Source: an uncultured virus (IMG/VR IMGVR_UViG_3300037234_000698) (lineage: Duplodnaviria; Heunggongvirae; Uroviricota; Caudoviricetes). From it: a DNA stretch of 64,000 bases. A program made the position numbers and the translations under genes. The stretch lies in IMG/VR virus record IMGVR_UViG_3300037234_000698. One strand, given 5' to 3'. Under the pieces are notes generated by a model, which saw only the letters and a program-made list of their open reading frames with translations, made no database searches and was not told the DNA's origin. Below, one piece after another: positions 53,668-62,905 of the stretch. Position 1 is the first letter of the stretch. Each line of letters opens with the position of its first letter.

Positions 53668-53976
53668 ATGAAAGACAACGACATGAAAGACAAGAACACC
53701 AAAACCCACCGAATTTGCTGGCGGAACAAGTGGCTGACCAGCGAGGCCACGACGATCACGGAGATGGTCGAACACCTACGGAACGCGGCCACGTCGCTCG
53801 AGGCCATGGCCGAGGAGGGGGTCACTCTCGAATACGACCCCGACAGCATGGCCGACGACTACGCCGAGCTCGTGACCACGGACCCGGAAGTGGCCAATAC
53901 GTTCAGCATGGTGCCGGACCACGACTGCGACCGCCGGCTGTCAGACGACGGCGAGTTCCTCGACGACGGCGAGTAG
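53668..53976 (+). CDS. acidic hypothetical protein
   Basis: GAGGG RBS, ATG at 53668. Confidence 0.6.
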   Translation: MKDNDMKDKNTKTHRICWRNKWLTSEATTITEMVEHLRNAATSLEAMAEEGVTLEYDPDSMADDYAELVTTDPEVANTFSMVPDHDCDRRLSDDGEFLDDGE

Positions 53977-53977
53977 G

Positions 53978-54007
53978 GCTATACTCGGGGCGCTCTCTGG
54001 CTGAAGG
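53978..54007 (+). promoter_or_regulatory. repeated promoter-like element, copy 1
   Basis: GCTATACTCGGGGCGCTCTCTGG..GAAGG; TATACT at 53980-53985. Confidence 0.6.
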
Positions 54008-54014
54008 AGATCCC

Positions 54015-54389
54015 ATGCCCGTCACCGCGACGCTCGTCCGCGCAACCGACTACCGCCTTTTCTACGCAATCGACTACAACAACCAACCGGCGGGCAACCC
54101 GCTCATCATCGCCAGCGCGACGTTGCAGGCCGACGCGGCCGGGAAGCCGCACCTCCTCAAAGTGTTTCAGACAGCGGTGGCCAACAACACTGAGGCCATC
54201 TTTCTTCTGCTGGGCGGCGTGGGCTGTGTCTCGCGACTCACCCCCGGAGAATCGGTCGCCTGGTCCCTGGACGCGCAACGGGGTGAGCTGAGTGGCCTCG
54301 CCGAGCTGCTCATCGAGTCTGGGCTAGGAGGAAACAACAACGGCATCTTAGAGCTCCAGGTCACTTCTGCCCCAATGTTCCGGGCGTAG
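54015..54389 (+). CDS. hypothetical protein
   Basis: AAGGAG RBS. Confidence 0.65.
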   Translation: MPVTATLVRATDYRLFYAIDYNNQPAGNPLIIASATLQADAAGKPHLLKVFQTAVANNTEAIFLLLGGVGCVSRLTPGESVAWSLDAQRGELSGLAELLIESGLGGNNNGILELQVTSAPMFRA

Positions 54390-54390
54390 C

Positions 54391-54420
54391 GCTATACTCG
54401 GGGCTGCTCTCCGGGAAGGG
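54391..54420 (+). promoter_or_regulatory. repeated promoter-like element, copy 2
   Basis: GCTATACTCGGGGCTGCTCTCCGGGAAGG; TATACT at 54393-54398. Confidence 0.6.
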
Positions 54421-54430
54421 AACAGCCATC

Positions 54431-54700
54431 ATGTTGAAGGCATTGAGAGACGGCCTGGTCGGTCTGGCCGGGAGCAAGAAGTTTCTGGCGGCATTCCTGG
54501 CCGCGGTCTGCTGGGGAGTTGGCAAGCTCGGCCTGGAGCTCGACGCCGAGGAGGTCTACCCAATGGTCGTCCCAATGTGGGTTTTCATCCTCGCCCAGAT
54601 GGGTGCCGACTGGAAGAAGGCGGCGGCCCTGATCGCGGCCAGCTCCAACGGCAACGGCGAGCTCGAAGCGCCGAAGCCCGAGGAACCCACGCCGGAGTGA
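54431..54700 (+). CDS. holin-like two-TM protein
   Basis: SKKFLAA; two TMs; lies upstream of the spanin-like pair. Confidence 0.55.
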   Translation: MLKALRDGLVGLAGSKKFLAAFLAAVCWGVGKLGLELDAEEVYPMVVPMWVFILAQMGADWKKAAALIAASSNGNGELEAPKPEEPTPE

Positions 54701-54915
54701 ACGCCTGGCACGGAGCGCAGGGCGTCGCCAAGGCGCTCTTCGGGTTCGATCCGGCGCCGACCCGCACCGTCATGGCGCGGCGGCGCGCCTGCCTGGCCTG
54801 CCCCGCGCTCCGGAAGCCCAGTATCGCCGTGCCGGCGCGCTGCGCCGAGTGCGGTTGTATCGTACGACTCAAATCCGTGGTGCTCGGCGAGGAGTGCCCG
54901 AGGGGGATGTGGTGA
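54697..54915 (+). CDS. small Cys-rich protein
   Basis: RR.AC..CP...RC.ECGC...K......CP.G.W. Confidence 0.6.
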   Translation: MNAWHGAQGVAKALFGFDPAPTRTVMARRRACLACPALRKPSIAVPARCAECGCIVRLKSVVLGEECPRGMW

Positions 54916-55325
54916 GCGCAGTCGTCGTTGCTGTCGGTGGGTTCGGCGTGATCGCCCTGCAGATCGCGTTCTCCTGGTGGCTGGTCAAGTGGGGGCGAAA
55001 GGACGAGGGCGAGCTCCGAGTGCAGCAGTCGCGCATTGACGAGCTCGACCGCGCCGTGGAAGATCGCGACATCGCCCTGGCGGGCGCGAAAAGTGCCCTG
55101 GCCCGAGAGCGGGCTGCACTCTCAGCAGCGGAGGAGCAACGTGCAAGCGCGATCAAGCTGGTCGAAACCCTGGCGGCCGATAATCCTGGCGCTGTCGCTG
55201 ATGCTATTCGCGAGCAGCTCGCTCGGCTGCAGGCTCTTTCGCGGGTGCCCAAAGTGCCCGCCGGCCCCGCCGGCGACGGTGATCGAGAAGCCGATCCCGT
55301 GCATGGCGGCTCTACCCCCGATTGA
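54912..55325 (+). CDS. i-spanin (Rz)-like protein
   Basis: N-terminal TM followed by a coiled coil. Confidence 0.65.
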   Translation: MSAVVVAVGGFGVIALQIAFSWWLVKWGRKDEGELRVQQSRIDELDRAVEDRDIALAGAKSALARERAALSAAEEQRASAIKLVETLAADNPGAVADAIREQLARLQALSRVPKVPAGPAGDGDREADPVHGGSTPD

Positions 55326-55473
55326 CTTCGCGCCCGAGGACTGGCCCGACCCCCAGGCCGACGGCTCGACCTCGCTGACCCCCGAGCTCGCCGCGCGCTT
55401 CCTGGCGCTGCTCATCACTCTCACCGACTACCTGGAACAGCAGTATGCCCGGTGCGCGGAAACCGCGCCCTAG
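55141..55473 (+). CDS. o-spanin (Rz1)-like lipoprotein, overlapping in another frame
   Basis: GGAGGAG RBS, GTG start, signal peptide with lipobox SLG-C, Pro/Cys-rich body. Confidence 0.7.
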   Translation: MQARSSWSKPWRPIILALSLMLFASSSLGCRLFRGCPKCPPAPPATVIEKPIPCMAALPPIDFAPEDWPDPQADGSTSLTPELAARFLALLITLTDYLEQQYARCAETAP

Positions 55474-56038
55474 GCGCTGCGCGTACGCGGAGGGCAGCAA
55501 GAGGTGTCGCCGGGTCGGCTTCGGCAACCCGCCTCTCTGCCGCCACCACGCGCTGGTCATCGAGCTTGAGCTCGAACAGAACGATCCCCTGTCGGACGTG
55601 ATGGAGAATTTCGACCGCTGGCTGTCCGGCCAGCGTGGAGATCCCTTCCTCGACGGCATCATTGGAATCCTGGGCAGCGTCATCGGGCCGCGGATCAACT
55701 ACTCCCAGCAGCAGGCCGCCTGGCACCAGGCCCGGATGGCGGGCTCTAGCTCCCAACGGCCAGGCCGGCGGCGGGTTCCCCCTCCCCCGCCACCGCCGCC
55801 ACCGCCGCCCCCCACCTGGGAACCGCCCCCGTGGGAGCCTCCCCAGGCACCCGACCAGGCCGTGAAGGCCAAGCAAGTGCTCAACTTCGAGGCCGGCGAG
55901 GCCCTGACGGCCGCCGCGGTGAACAAGCGACGGCGCGAGCTCGCGCGGATCTACCACCCCGACCGGCCCAACGGCTCGAAAGAGGCCATGCAACGGATCA
56001 ACGAGGCGGCCGACGACCTGCTCGCCAACCTGGCGTAG
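55445..56038 (+). CDS. J-domain (DnaJ-like) protein with poly-Pro linker
   Basis: C-terminal RRELARIYHPDR..GS.EAMQRINEA. Confidence 0.8.
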   Translation: MPGARKPRPRRCAYAEGSKRCRRVGFGNPPLCRHHALVIELELEQNDPLSDVMENFDRWLSGQRGDPFLDGIIGILGSVIGPRINYSQQQAAWHQARMAGSSSQRPGRRRVPPPPPPPPPPPPTWEPPPWEPPQAPDQAVKAKQVLNFEAGEALTAAAVNKRRRELARIYHPDRPNGSKEAMQRINEAADDLLANLA

Positions 56039-56087
56039 GTTCTGCTATTCTGCTCGACGTCGGCTCTCCGGGGAAACGCGCCGCCAA

Positions 56088-56699
56088 GTGGTACTCACCA
56101 CGCAGTTCGATCCACTGTTCCGCGAATACGGAGGCCGTGTGCCGGTCGCATTCCTGCGCGCCCTGGGCAAGCGGGAGTCGAACCTCAACCCGGCCGAGGC
56201 CAAGGATCCCGCGTGGGGCCTGCTCCAGGTGATCCCCTCCGTCCGCACCAGCCACAACAAGCGCCGCGGGACGAGCTACAGCCAGGGCGACCTGCTCGAC
56301 CCGGAGATCAACGTCAGGATCGTCACCGACCTGCTCAACCGGATCGTGACCGCCTACGGCAAGCACCCCAGCGCCAACATGCAAGAGGACTGGACGAACC
56401 CCGAGTTCGTCAACCTCATTACCGCCGGCTGGAACAGCGGCTACTCCGAGGCCGCCGGCGTTGGCCATGTCGCCAGCTGGCTCGAGGCGCACGGCATCCC
56501 CGTGACGCACGACGCGGTGTTCGAGTACGCCGGCCCGGCGGCCGGCACGCGCCACCTACAGAACGACAAGAAGCGGAGCTGGCAGAAGACCGTGACCGAG
56601 CTCTACTTCGCCCAGCCGGACGCGGGGAAAGCTGCCGGTGGATTGCTGGCGCTGGCCGTCGTAGGATTCTTTGCGTGGGCCGCCTACCGGCTCCTCTAG
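56088..56699 (+). CDS. lytic transglycosylase (SLT-like) with C-terminal membrane anchor
   Basis: RESNLNP.A....AWGLLQV, LLDPEIN, AGWNSG; TM ending AWAAYRLL. Confidence 0.82.
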   Translation: MVLTTQFDPLFREYGGRVPVAFLRALGKRESNLNPAEAKDPAWGLLQVIPSVRTSHNKRRGTSYSQGDLLDPEINVRIVTDLLNRIVTAYGKHPSANMQEDWTNPEFVNLITAGWNSGYSEAAGVGHVASWLEAHGIPVTHDAVFEYAGPAAGTRHLQNDKKRSWQKTVTELYFAQPDAGKAAGGLLALAVVGFFAWAAYRLL

Positions 56700-56707
56700 G
56701 AGAACAC

Positions 56708-57259
56708 ATGAGCATCGACACAGCCCGCATCGCCAGGATCCCGAAGGAGGTCGCCCGCGCGCTCCCGAGCTCGAAGCAAGGCGAGACGCCTGGCGCGCTC
56801 CAGAACGCGAGGACCGATCTCTATACCTACTTCACGCAGATCGGCGACTCGCGCCTGCTCTACTCGGCCGACCGCTGGGTGACCGTCCGGCTCACGCTCG
56901 AAACCGCCGGCCCGGTTGACATCGGCACCGCCGCGAACATCACCCCCGTACTGTCGGGCAAGGGGCGAAGCCTGATTACCGGCGTCGAGTTCGAGACGCG
57001 GCTGGCCAAGGGCTCGCGCCTCTACATCACCGCCCAGTCGATCAACCGCGTCCTGGTGACCATCGAGCCGATCCCCTGGATGGAGCAGATCAGCAACGAG
57101 ATCATCCTGGTCGGCCAGGGCATCATCGCCGCCATCGGCCGACTCAGCCGGTCGAAGGCCGGCGCGGCCACGTCGAGCTCCGGCAAGACGGCCGACGACA
57201 TCCCCTGCCCGCCGCCGCAGCGCAAGTTCCTCCCGAAGCTACGTCGGGGTAGGAGGTAG
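56708..57259 (+). CDS. hypothetical beta-rich protein (putative virion protein)
   Basis: AGGAG RBS, ATG at 56708. Confidence 0.7.
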   Translation: MSIDTARIARIPKEVARALPSSKQGETPGALQNARTDLYTYFTQIGDSRLLYSADRWVTVRLTLETAGPVDIGTAANITPVLSGKGRSLITGVEFETRLAKGSRLYITAQSINRVLVTIEPIPWMEQISNEIILVGQGIIAAIGRLSRSKAGAATSSSGKTADDIPCPPPQRKFLPKLRRGRR

Positions 57260-57261
57260 AC

Positions 57262-58125
57262 ATGCCCGGATTGCAGCGAGACACCGCATCGAACCGCGTG
57301 CAGCGCAGCCAGGACTACTGGCGGCTGTTCCAAGAGATCCAGAGCTCCGGTGACATCTGGGAGATCGACGAGTCACTCAAGGGCGTGGCCATCGGCCCCG
57401 ACTCCGACGTTTCCGAGGTGATCCTTTCCTACTACGATCCCGCCCAGCCGCAGAGCGTCGAGCAGCTCTCGGTCGCCGTTGGCAATCCGTTCGAGGGGCG
57501 CATCGACGCGCTGATGGGCACCGAGTACCCACAGACCAAGTCGCCGGCGCGGATCCTCATCAGCCTGGGCGACCTGATCGACAACGCCTACGTCCCCCAC
57601 AACTTCAACAGCGGCCAAGAGGTCACCAACGACACGATCACCCGGGCTCCGGCGTTTGTCGATTTGCTCGGCTACTTTGACAAGAAGGCCGAGCAGGCGC
57701 GGGTCCGCTCGGATCGCAAGATCCTCTTCTCGCGCTTCAAGGGCGTTCCCGTCGGCGGTCAGCGGTCCTACTACATCGTGCCGTCCTACGGGCGTCGCTA
57801 CTGTCGGGCGCTCTTCGTCAACAACGTCTCGGCGTCGCCGGTTTACACGGTGTCCCTGCGGCTACTCGGCGTGCGCCTCGGCCACGGCCTGAACAGCAGC
57901 GGCGGTAACTCGTCGGGCGAGATCGTCATCGGAAGCCACGGGCCGATTGCCGGCGTCGGAGCTGCGCCGGCGGTCAACGGCGACTCGGGGCAGATCATCT
58001 TCCGCAGCAGCCTGCACGGGCTCTTCGACCTCTTGATCCTCGAATGCACCCCCAGCCATCAGATCGCGATCAACGGCACCGACGCCAACATCCGCTTCGA
58101 TCTGTCAGACACCGAGGAGGGGTAA
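57262..58125 (+). CDS. hypothetical beta-rich protein (putative virion protein)
   Basis: AGGAGG RBS. Confidence 0.7.
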   Translation: MPGLQRDTASNRVQRSQDYWRLFQEIQSSGDIWEIDESLKGVAIGPDSDVSEVILSYYDPAQPQSVEQLSVAVGNPFEGRIDALMGTEYPQTKSPARILISLGDLIDNAYVPHNFNSGQEVTNDTITRAPAFVDLLGYFDKKAEQARVRSDRKILFSRFKGVPVGGQRSYYIVPSYGRRYCRALFVNNVSASPVYTVSLRLLGVRLGHGLNSSGGNSSGEIVIGSHGPIAGVGAAPAVNGDSGQIIFRSSLHGLFDLLILECTPSHQIAINGTDANIRFDLSDTEEG

Positions 58126-58482
58126 ATGCCCGCCGCAAACATCGATGAAGCAATCGCCGACGTTGTGACCAACGTGATCATCAAGGCGCCCGTCATGGCG
58201 ACGGCCCTCTCGCTGTGGCTGGTGATCTTCGGCCCGACGATCAGCAACCCCTTCGACGAGAACAAGCCCGGCCAGCGCACCGTTAGGGACTGGCAGGTAC
58301 CAACGCGCCGTGCGTTCGGCGAGATCCCCGACACCGGCGTGTCGCCGGACTGGCTGACCGAGGAGATCATCTCGATTGTCAACGCCACGCTCGAGGCGGT
58401 GAGGGCTGCCAATGCCGCCGGGCGGATCAGCCAAGCCCAAGAGGACGACACCGTCGCCCAGTACAATATCGCCTGGCCGTAG
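58126..58482 (+). CDS. hypothetical protein
   Basis: GGAGG RBS; abuts the upstream gene. Confidence 0.7.
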   Translation: MPAANIDEAIADVVTNVIIKAPVMATALSLWLVIFGPTISNPFDENKPGQRTVRDWQVPTRRAFGEIPDTGVSPDWLTEEIISIVNATLEAVRAANAAGRISQAQEDDTVAQYNIAWP

Positions 58483-58493
58483 GAGGCACTCCC

Positions 58494-59420
58494 ATGATCT
58501 CAGTCATCACGATCTCCTGTCGCGAAAAGGGCCGTCTCTCCGAGATGGCCAAGACCCTCGTGGCGAACGCTCGCGCGTCCAAGGTCAAGCTCGAATGGAT
58601 CGTCGTAGACGAGCAGTTCGCGAAGCCGCACCGGCGCGACTTCACCAAGCTGGTGGGCAAAGCGATCAAGCTCAGGCACATCAAGTTGCCGCTCTCCGAT
58701 CTCCGCAAGGCGGGGCTTCCCGATCACAACCGAGCTCGGAACATCGGCCTGGCCGAGGCCAAGGGCAACTACGTCGTGTTCCTCGACGACTGCTATCTGG
58801 TCGCGGACGGCTGGGCCAAGGCCGTGGCTGACGTCGCGAAGGCCGGCAAGGGCTTCCGCCCCAAGATGCACAGCGTCAACAACTTGGTGCTGCCGCCCGA
58901 TGCCCTGATCAAGGGGCTGGCGCACTGGGACAAGTTCACCCCGGTAAAGGCAAACACCGTCGCCGGCCCGTGCTGGGGCGCGCCGAAGGCGGCCTTCGAC
59001 AAGATCGTCGGCTTCGATGAGGCCTACTGCGGCCAGGACAAGTACCACGACCTCGACGCCTGCATTCGCCTGGGGCGCGCCGGCGTCAAATTCGTGACCA
59101 CCGAGCGCGCGTTCGTCGTCTGCCTTCGGTCAACGAAGGACCACGACGACGTCACCGCCAACAAGGAGGCGCAAGGTGGACACCGAAACCAGAAGCTGTA
59201 CAACGACCTCGTCCTCGACCGCTCTCGCATTGTCCCGGTCAAGCCTGCTGCGCCGGTGGTTGTGGAGCCTCCTACACCTACTCCGGCGCCGCCCCCGGCC
59301 GCACCCCCGGCCGCGAAGCCTGCGGCTCCGAAGGCGCCAGCTCCACCGGCAGTGCCTGGCCCGTCAAATCGTGGAAACCACACGGGCAAACGGCCACCCG
59401 CACCAAAGCCTGTGAAGTAG
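58494..59420 (+). CDS. glycosyltransferase family 2 (GT-A)
   Basis: ISVI, EWIVVD, ARNIGL..AKGNYVVFLDD, GFDE.Y. Confidence 0.85.
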   Translation: MISVITISCREKGRLSEMAKTLVANARASKVKLEWIVVDEQFAKPHRRDFTKLVGKAIKLRHIKLPLSDLRKAGLPDHNRARNIGLAEAKGNYVVFLDDCYLVADGWAKAVADVAKAGKGFRPKMHSVNNLVLPPDALIKGLAHWDKFTPVKANTVAGPCWGAPKAAFDKIVGFDEAYCGQDKYHDLDACIRLGRAGVKFVTTERAFVVCLRSTKDHDDVTANKEAQGGHRNQKLYNDLVLDRSRIVPVKPAAPVVVEPPTPTPAPPPAAPPAAKPAAPKAPAPPAVPGPSNRGNHTGKRPPAPKPVK

Positions 59421-59429
59421 GCGGCGGCC

Positions 59430-60062
59430 GTGACCGCCCTGATCACCGTCAACCCGACGCCCCGGCTCGCGCCGGGTCGGCCCCCGTTCGTGACTTCCGG
59501 GTACGGGCCGCGGGAAGGCGGCATGTACTCCACCCACTTCGGCGTCGACCAGCTGGTCAAGCGCCGGGAGGGCGAGCCCGAGAAGAGCCCCGAGGCCACC
59601 CTCGGCCGCGAGCTCGGCTGGTTCCTGCCCTCGCTCGTGCTGCCGGCGGTGGCTGCTGGGGCGGGCCGGGTGATCTCCGCGCGCTGGACAAGCACTGGCT
59701 ACGCGGTTCGCATCGACCACGGCGGCGGCTGGTACACGCTCTACTGCCACCTGGGCAACCTCATGGTGCGCAAGGGCCAGTACGTCGAGGCCGGCACCCC
59801 GCTCGGCTGGATCAGCTACTCGCCCTACAAGAGCGGATGCACCTCCCGGCCGGGCCAGCCCTGCAAGATCGGGCTGAACCACCTACACTGGCAGGTCGAG
59901 TACGGCGGCATCGGCAACGCCTTCGCCGTCGATCCCGAAGAGCTCTTCGGACGCCACCTCGAGAATCTGCAGATCATCGACAACCCGCTGGGGAGCTCAT
60001 TCCTGGTCAAGCTGGCGCTGGCGGGCTTCGTCGCCTGGGGCGCGTATAGGCTGCTCCAATGA
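59430..60062 (+). CDS. M23 peptidase with C-terminal membrane anchor
   Basis: HFGVD, IDHGGG..T.YCHL, HLHW; TM ending AWGAYRLLQ. Confidence 0.85.
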   Translation: MTALITVNPTPRLAPGRPPFVTSGYGPREGGMYSTHFGVDQLVKRREGEPEKSPEATLGRELGWFLPSLVLPAVAAGAGRVISARWTSTGYAVRIDHGGGWYTLYCHLGNLMVRKGQYVEAGTPLGWISYSPYKSGCTSRPGQPCKIGLNHLHWQVEYGGIGNAFAVDPEELFGRHLENLQIIDNPLGSSFLVKLALAGFVAWGAYRLLQ

Positions 60063-61405
60063 TCCACTACGTCGCATTGGACTCCAGCGGAGAGATTCTC
60101 GGGGTCGAGCCAACGGTGGACGACGCGGTGGATGCCGCCCTCGAAGCCGAGCCCGACAAGACCGTCCAGGTGCAGGAGCTCCCCGCAAAGAGCAACCCGC
60201 AGGAGACGGTGCCGCCGGCCGAGCGCGTGGTCGCGAAGGCCGTCAAGCGGATGGGGCTCGAAGCGCTCACCGGCATGTCCACGATCCCGAGCTCGGCGGC
60301 CGATATGGACCTCGTGGAAGCGCACGAGCGGGTCATGGGCTACTTCCAGGGCCTGCGGTCGCGCAAAGACAGCGACGTCAAGGTCTACGACACCGTCTCC
60401 GGAACCGTTGACGCTTGGATCGGCCAGAACTATAAGACGGTGAAAGAGCACCCCGAGCAAAAGTCGAAGGTGATGGGGCTGACCCTGACGCCGCACGAGC
60501 TCGTCTACCAGATCGCGCGCAAGCCAGGCCTCTACAGTCGCAAGTTCACCAACCGGCTGAAGAAGGTGCTCCCTCCGATGCCGCATTCGTTCACGTTCTG
60601 CGCGGGCTCGAACGATCTTTGCCGCGACTCGTGCCTGGTTCACGCCGGCCAGAACTCCGGGCCGATTTACAACACGCACCGCAAGGCCATGCAGACCGCC
60701 GTGCTGCTCAACGAGCCGCAGGCCTTCATGCGCCTCCTGGTGGCGGCGGTGCAGAAGCACGAGTGCGTCGCCCCGGCCGAGGGATACGTCCCCTACATGC
60801 GCCTCAACGTGGTGTCCGACATTCCCTGGGAGCGGGTCACCCCGTGGCTCTTTGAGCTCTTCCCGGATCTTTCGTTCTATGACTACACGAAGGTGGGGAA
60901 GCGGAGCCCGCCGGACAACTACGAGCTCACCTTCTCGTTTTCGGGAGACAACAAGAGCCAGTGTCAGAGGGAGATTGCCGAGCTTGGCCGCAAGGTCGCG
61001 GTGGTGTTCCTGGCGAAGAGGTGGGGCACGAAGAAGGGCGTGAAGGGCAAGAGCTGGGTGCCGATTTGGAGGGGGGACAAGGCGGGCGTGCGACCCCTGC
61101 CGACCACCTTCTGGGATCTGCCGGTGCTCGATGGCGACGTCAGCGACGTTCGCCCGCTGGACCCCGTGTCACCCGCGATTGTCGGCCTGCGCTGGAAGAT
61201 CCCCAGCGGCAAGCGCGCCGGCAAGGTCGTGGACGCGACCCAGGAGAAGTTTACTTTCGTCACGCCGGTCTACGTGGTTGACGGAGAGGCACACATCGAC
61301 GCGCCCTTTGCTCGGCCGAACCCGGCCCGAGAGCAATTCCTGATCTCCGCGGCCACCCCGAGATTTGAGAACATCATCCACGACGTCGGCCAGCCTGGGC
61401 TATGA
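60059..61405 (+). CDS. Gp88-like protein (Cys-cluster, radical-SAM-related) flanked by NP motifs
   Basis: FCAGS...CRDSCL..AG, RLNVVSDI.WE, FYDYTK, NY.LTFS, DGD.SD.R.LDP, IVGLR.K. Confidence 0.75.
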   Translation: MIHYVALDSSGEILGVEPTVDDAVDAALEAEPDKTVQVQELPAKSNPQETVPPAERVVAKAVKRMGLEALTGMSTIPSSAADMDLVEAHERVMGYFQGLRSRKDSDVKVYDTVSGTVDAWIGQNYKTVKEHPEQKSKVMGLTLTPHELVYQIARKPGLYSRKFTNRLKKVLPPMPHSFTFCAGSNDLCRDSCLVHAGQNSGPIYNTHRKAMQTAVLLNEPQAFMRLLVAAVQKHECVAPAEGYVPYMRLNVVSDIPWERVTPWLFELFPDLSFYDYTKVGKRSPPDNYELTFSFSGDNKSQCQREIAELGRKVAVVFLAKRWGTKKGVKGKSWVPIWRGDKAGVRPLPTTFWDLPVLDGDVSDVRPLDPVSPAIVGLRWKIPSGKRAGKVVDATQEKFTFVTPVYVVDGEAHIDAPFARPNPAREQFLISAATPRFENIIHDVGQPGL

Positions 61406-61851
61406 GCGAGCGGAACTTCGACAGAGTCTCGGCCAGGCTCTACCAGGGCGGGCGCGTGGACGGTCGATACGCCTACAAGCCGTTCGACATGATCGTGCTC
61501 TGCTCCGAGGAACACCAGCCGCGCATGTCGAGGTTCCACGGCAAGATCGTCAGGCCTCGCTTCGACGACACCCTCTACCCCAACGAGCGAGAGACGGCCG
61601 CGGCTTTCGCGGCGGCCAAGCAGGTCGCCGGCGAGCTCTACAAGGGCGGGGTGGTCCTGGTCACATGCTCAGCCGGGCTCAACCGCAGCGGCCTGGTGAC
61701 CGGCCTGGCGCTCTGCATGGGCACGAAGCTGCACGGCGAGCAGATCGTCACACTGATACGGCGAGCGCGGGGGGATTGGGCGCTAGGGAACCGGACATTT
61801 GAGAAGATGGTTCGCGACTTCGCCCAGGGGAAAGCTCGGCACCGCGCCTGA
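61402..61851 (+). CDS. dual-specificity/PTP-like phosphatase
   Basis: VLVTCSAGLNRSG (CX5R). Confidence 0.85.
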   Translation: MSERNFDRVSARLYQGGRVDGRYAYKPFDMIVLCSEEHQPRMSRFHGKIVRPRFDDTLYPNERETAAAFAAAKQVAGELYKGGVVLVTCSAGLNRSGLVTGLALCMGTKLHGEQIVTLIRRARGDWALGNRTFEKMVRDFAQGKARHRA

Positions 61852-62021
61852 GTTCCTCGATGCGCCCCTGGATAGCCGCCTGGCAGCCGGGGCAGGTAGC
61901 CTCCGACATAAACAGGGTGGTCGCGTCGCCGGCCTCGCCGAGCTCGAGCCCACACGCGGTTTCGCGCAGGTCACCCGAAAAATCTACCCAGTGAATCCCC
62001 CCTACCATCGGTCGCAGCCTC

Positions 62022-62651
62022 CTAGCTGATCACTCGGCGACCAAAGTGGGGCAAATAGAGCCGGGGGTCAAGGGGAAGGCCGGGTCGGTCGGTCGGATTG
62101 GGGACGCCAAACTCCCAGAGCTCTAGGTGGACGTGGTTTCTCTCGGTCGGCCCTTCGCCGACGATGCCGATCTCCTGGCCGGCATAGAGCGGCTGGCCGC
62201 CCCCCTTGCCTGGCCAGGGGTCCACGAACATCCGGCTCATGTGCGTCACGTACGAATTGAGCAGGATGCCGGCGTGGTCGCCATGGTCGATCCTGACGGT
62301 CCAGCCCCACTCGGTTTCGCCTGCGAACCAGACGCGCCCTGGGCCAACCGCGAGGGCCGGGATCTTCCCGGTGGGCACGAAATACCTGTTGTGCCCCAGG
62401 GCGCCGTCGAGGCCCCCGTAGACCTCGGGGTAGTTCTGCGGGAGCAGGTCGACCAACCAGTTGAGGTAGGCCAGGTCGCTCCCCCAGTGGTCCGGTCCCC
62501 AGCTGTTGCCGGTCCACACCGGCTCCTGATCTTGGAACACTCCCATGGGCCATACCCAGCCCGAGAAGTCTCCCTTCGGGGTTTCGGTGGCCGGCTCGAC
62601 TGGGAGGCGCAGAAGAAGATCGCCGGTGGCGCCCAAGGCCGCTACCGTCAC
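62022..62651 (-). CDS. M23 peptidase-like protein
   Basis: HWGSD, V.IDHG, Y.THM, HVHLE, LDP. Confidence 0.78.
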   Translation of the reverse strand: MTVAALGATGDLLLRLPVEPATETPKGDFSGWVWPMGVFQDQEPVWTGNSWGPDHWGSDLAYLNWLVDLLPQNYPEVYGGLDGALGHNRYFVPTGKIPALAVGPGRVWFAGETEWGWTVRIDHGDHAGILLNSYVTHMSRMFVDPWPGKGGGQPLYAGQEIGIVGEGPTERNHVHLELWEFGVPNPTDRPGLPLDPRLYLPHFGRRVIS

Positions 62652-62905
62652 TGCGCGACTCGGCGCTCGGCGCGCGACCTATCCTCGATCTCGTCGAGCT
62701 TTTCTTCGAGTGCATCTAGCAGGCGGCGAGCTCCGGCGATGTGCCGGCGGGCCAGAAACGAGCTCCGGCAGGTTTCCCCGTTCCGGTCAAACTCGCGGGC
62801 AACCATGAAGCTGACATGGCCGGTGGCGAGTCGTTCGCTAACGACCGCGACGACCCCATCGGGATCTCGCAGTGTCTCGACTTCGCGAAAGTCGGTTCGG
62901 GGCAT
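62648..62905 (-). CDS. small hypothetical protein (start approximate)
   Basis: GAGG RBS upstream of MPRTDF. Confidence 0.5.
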   Translation of the reverse strand: MPRTDFREVETLRDPDGVVAVVSERLATGHVSFMVAREFDRNGETCRSSFLARRHIAGARRLLDALEEKLDEIEDRSRAERRVAQ

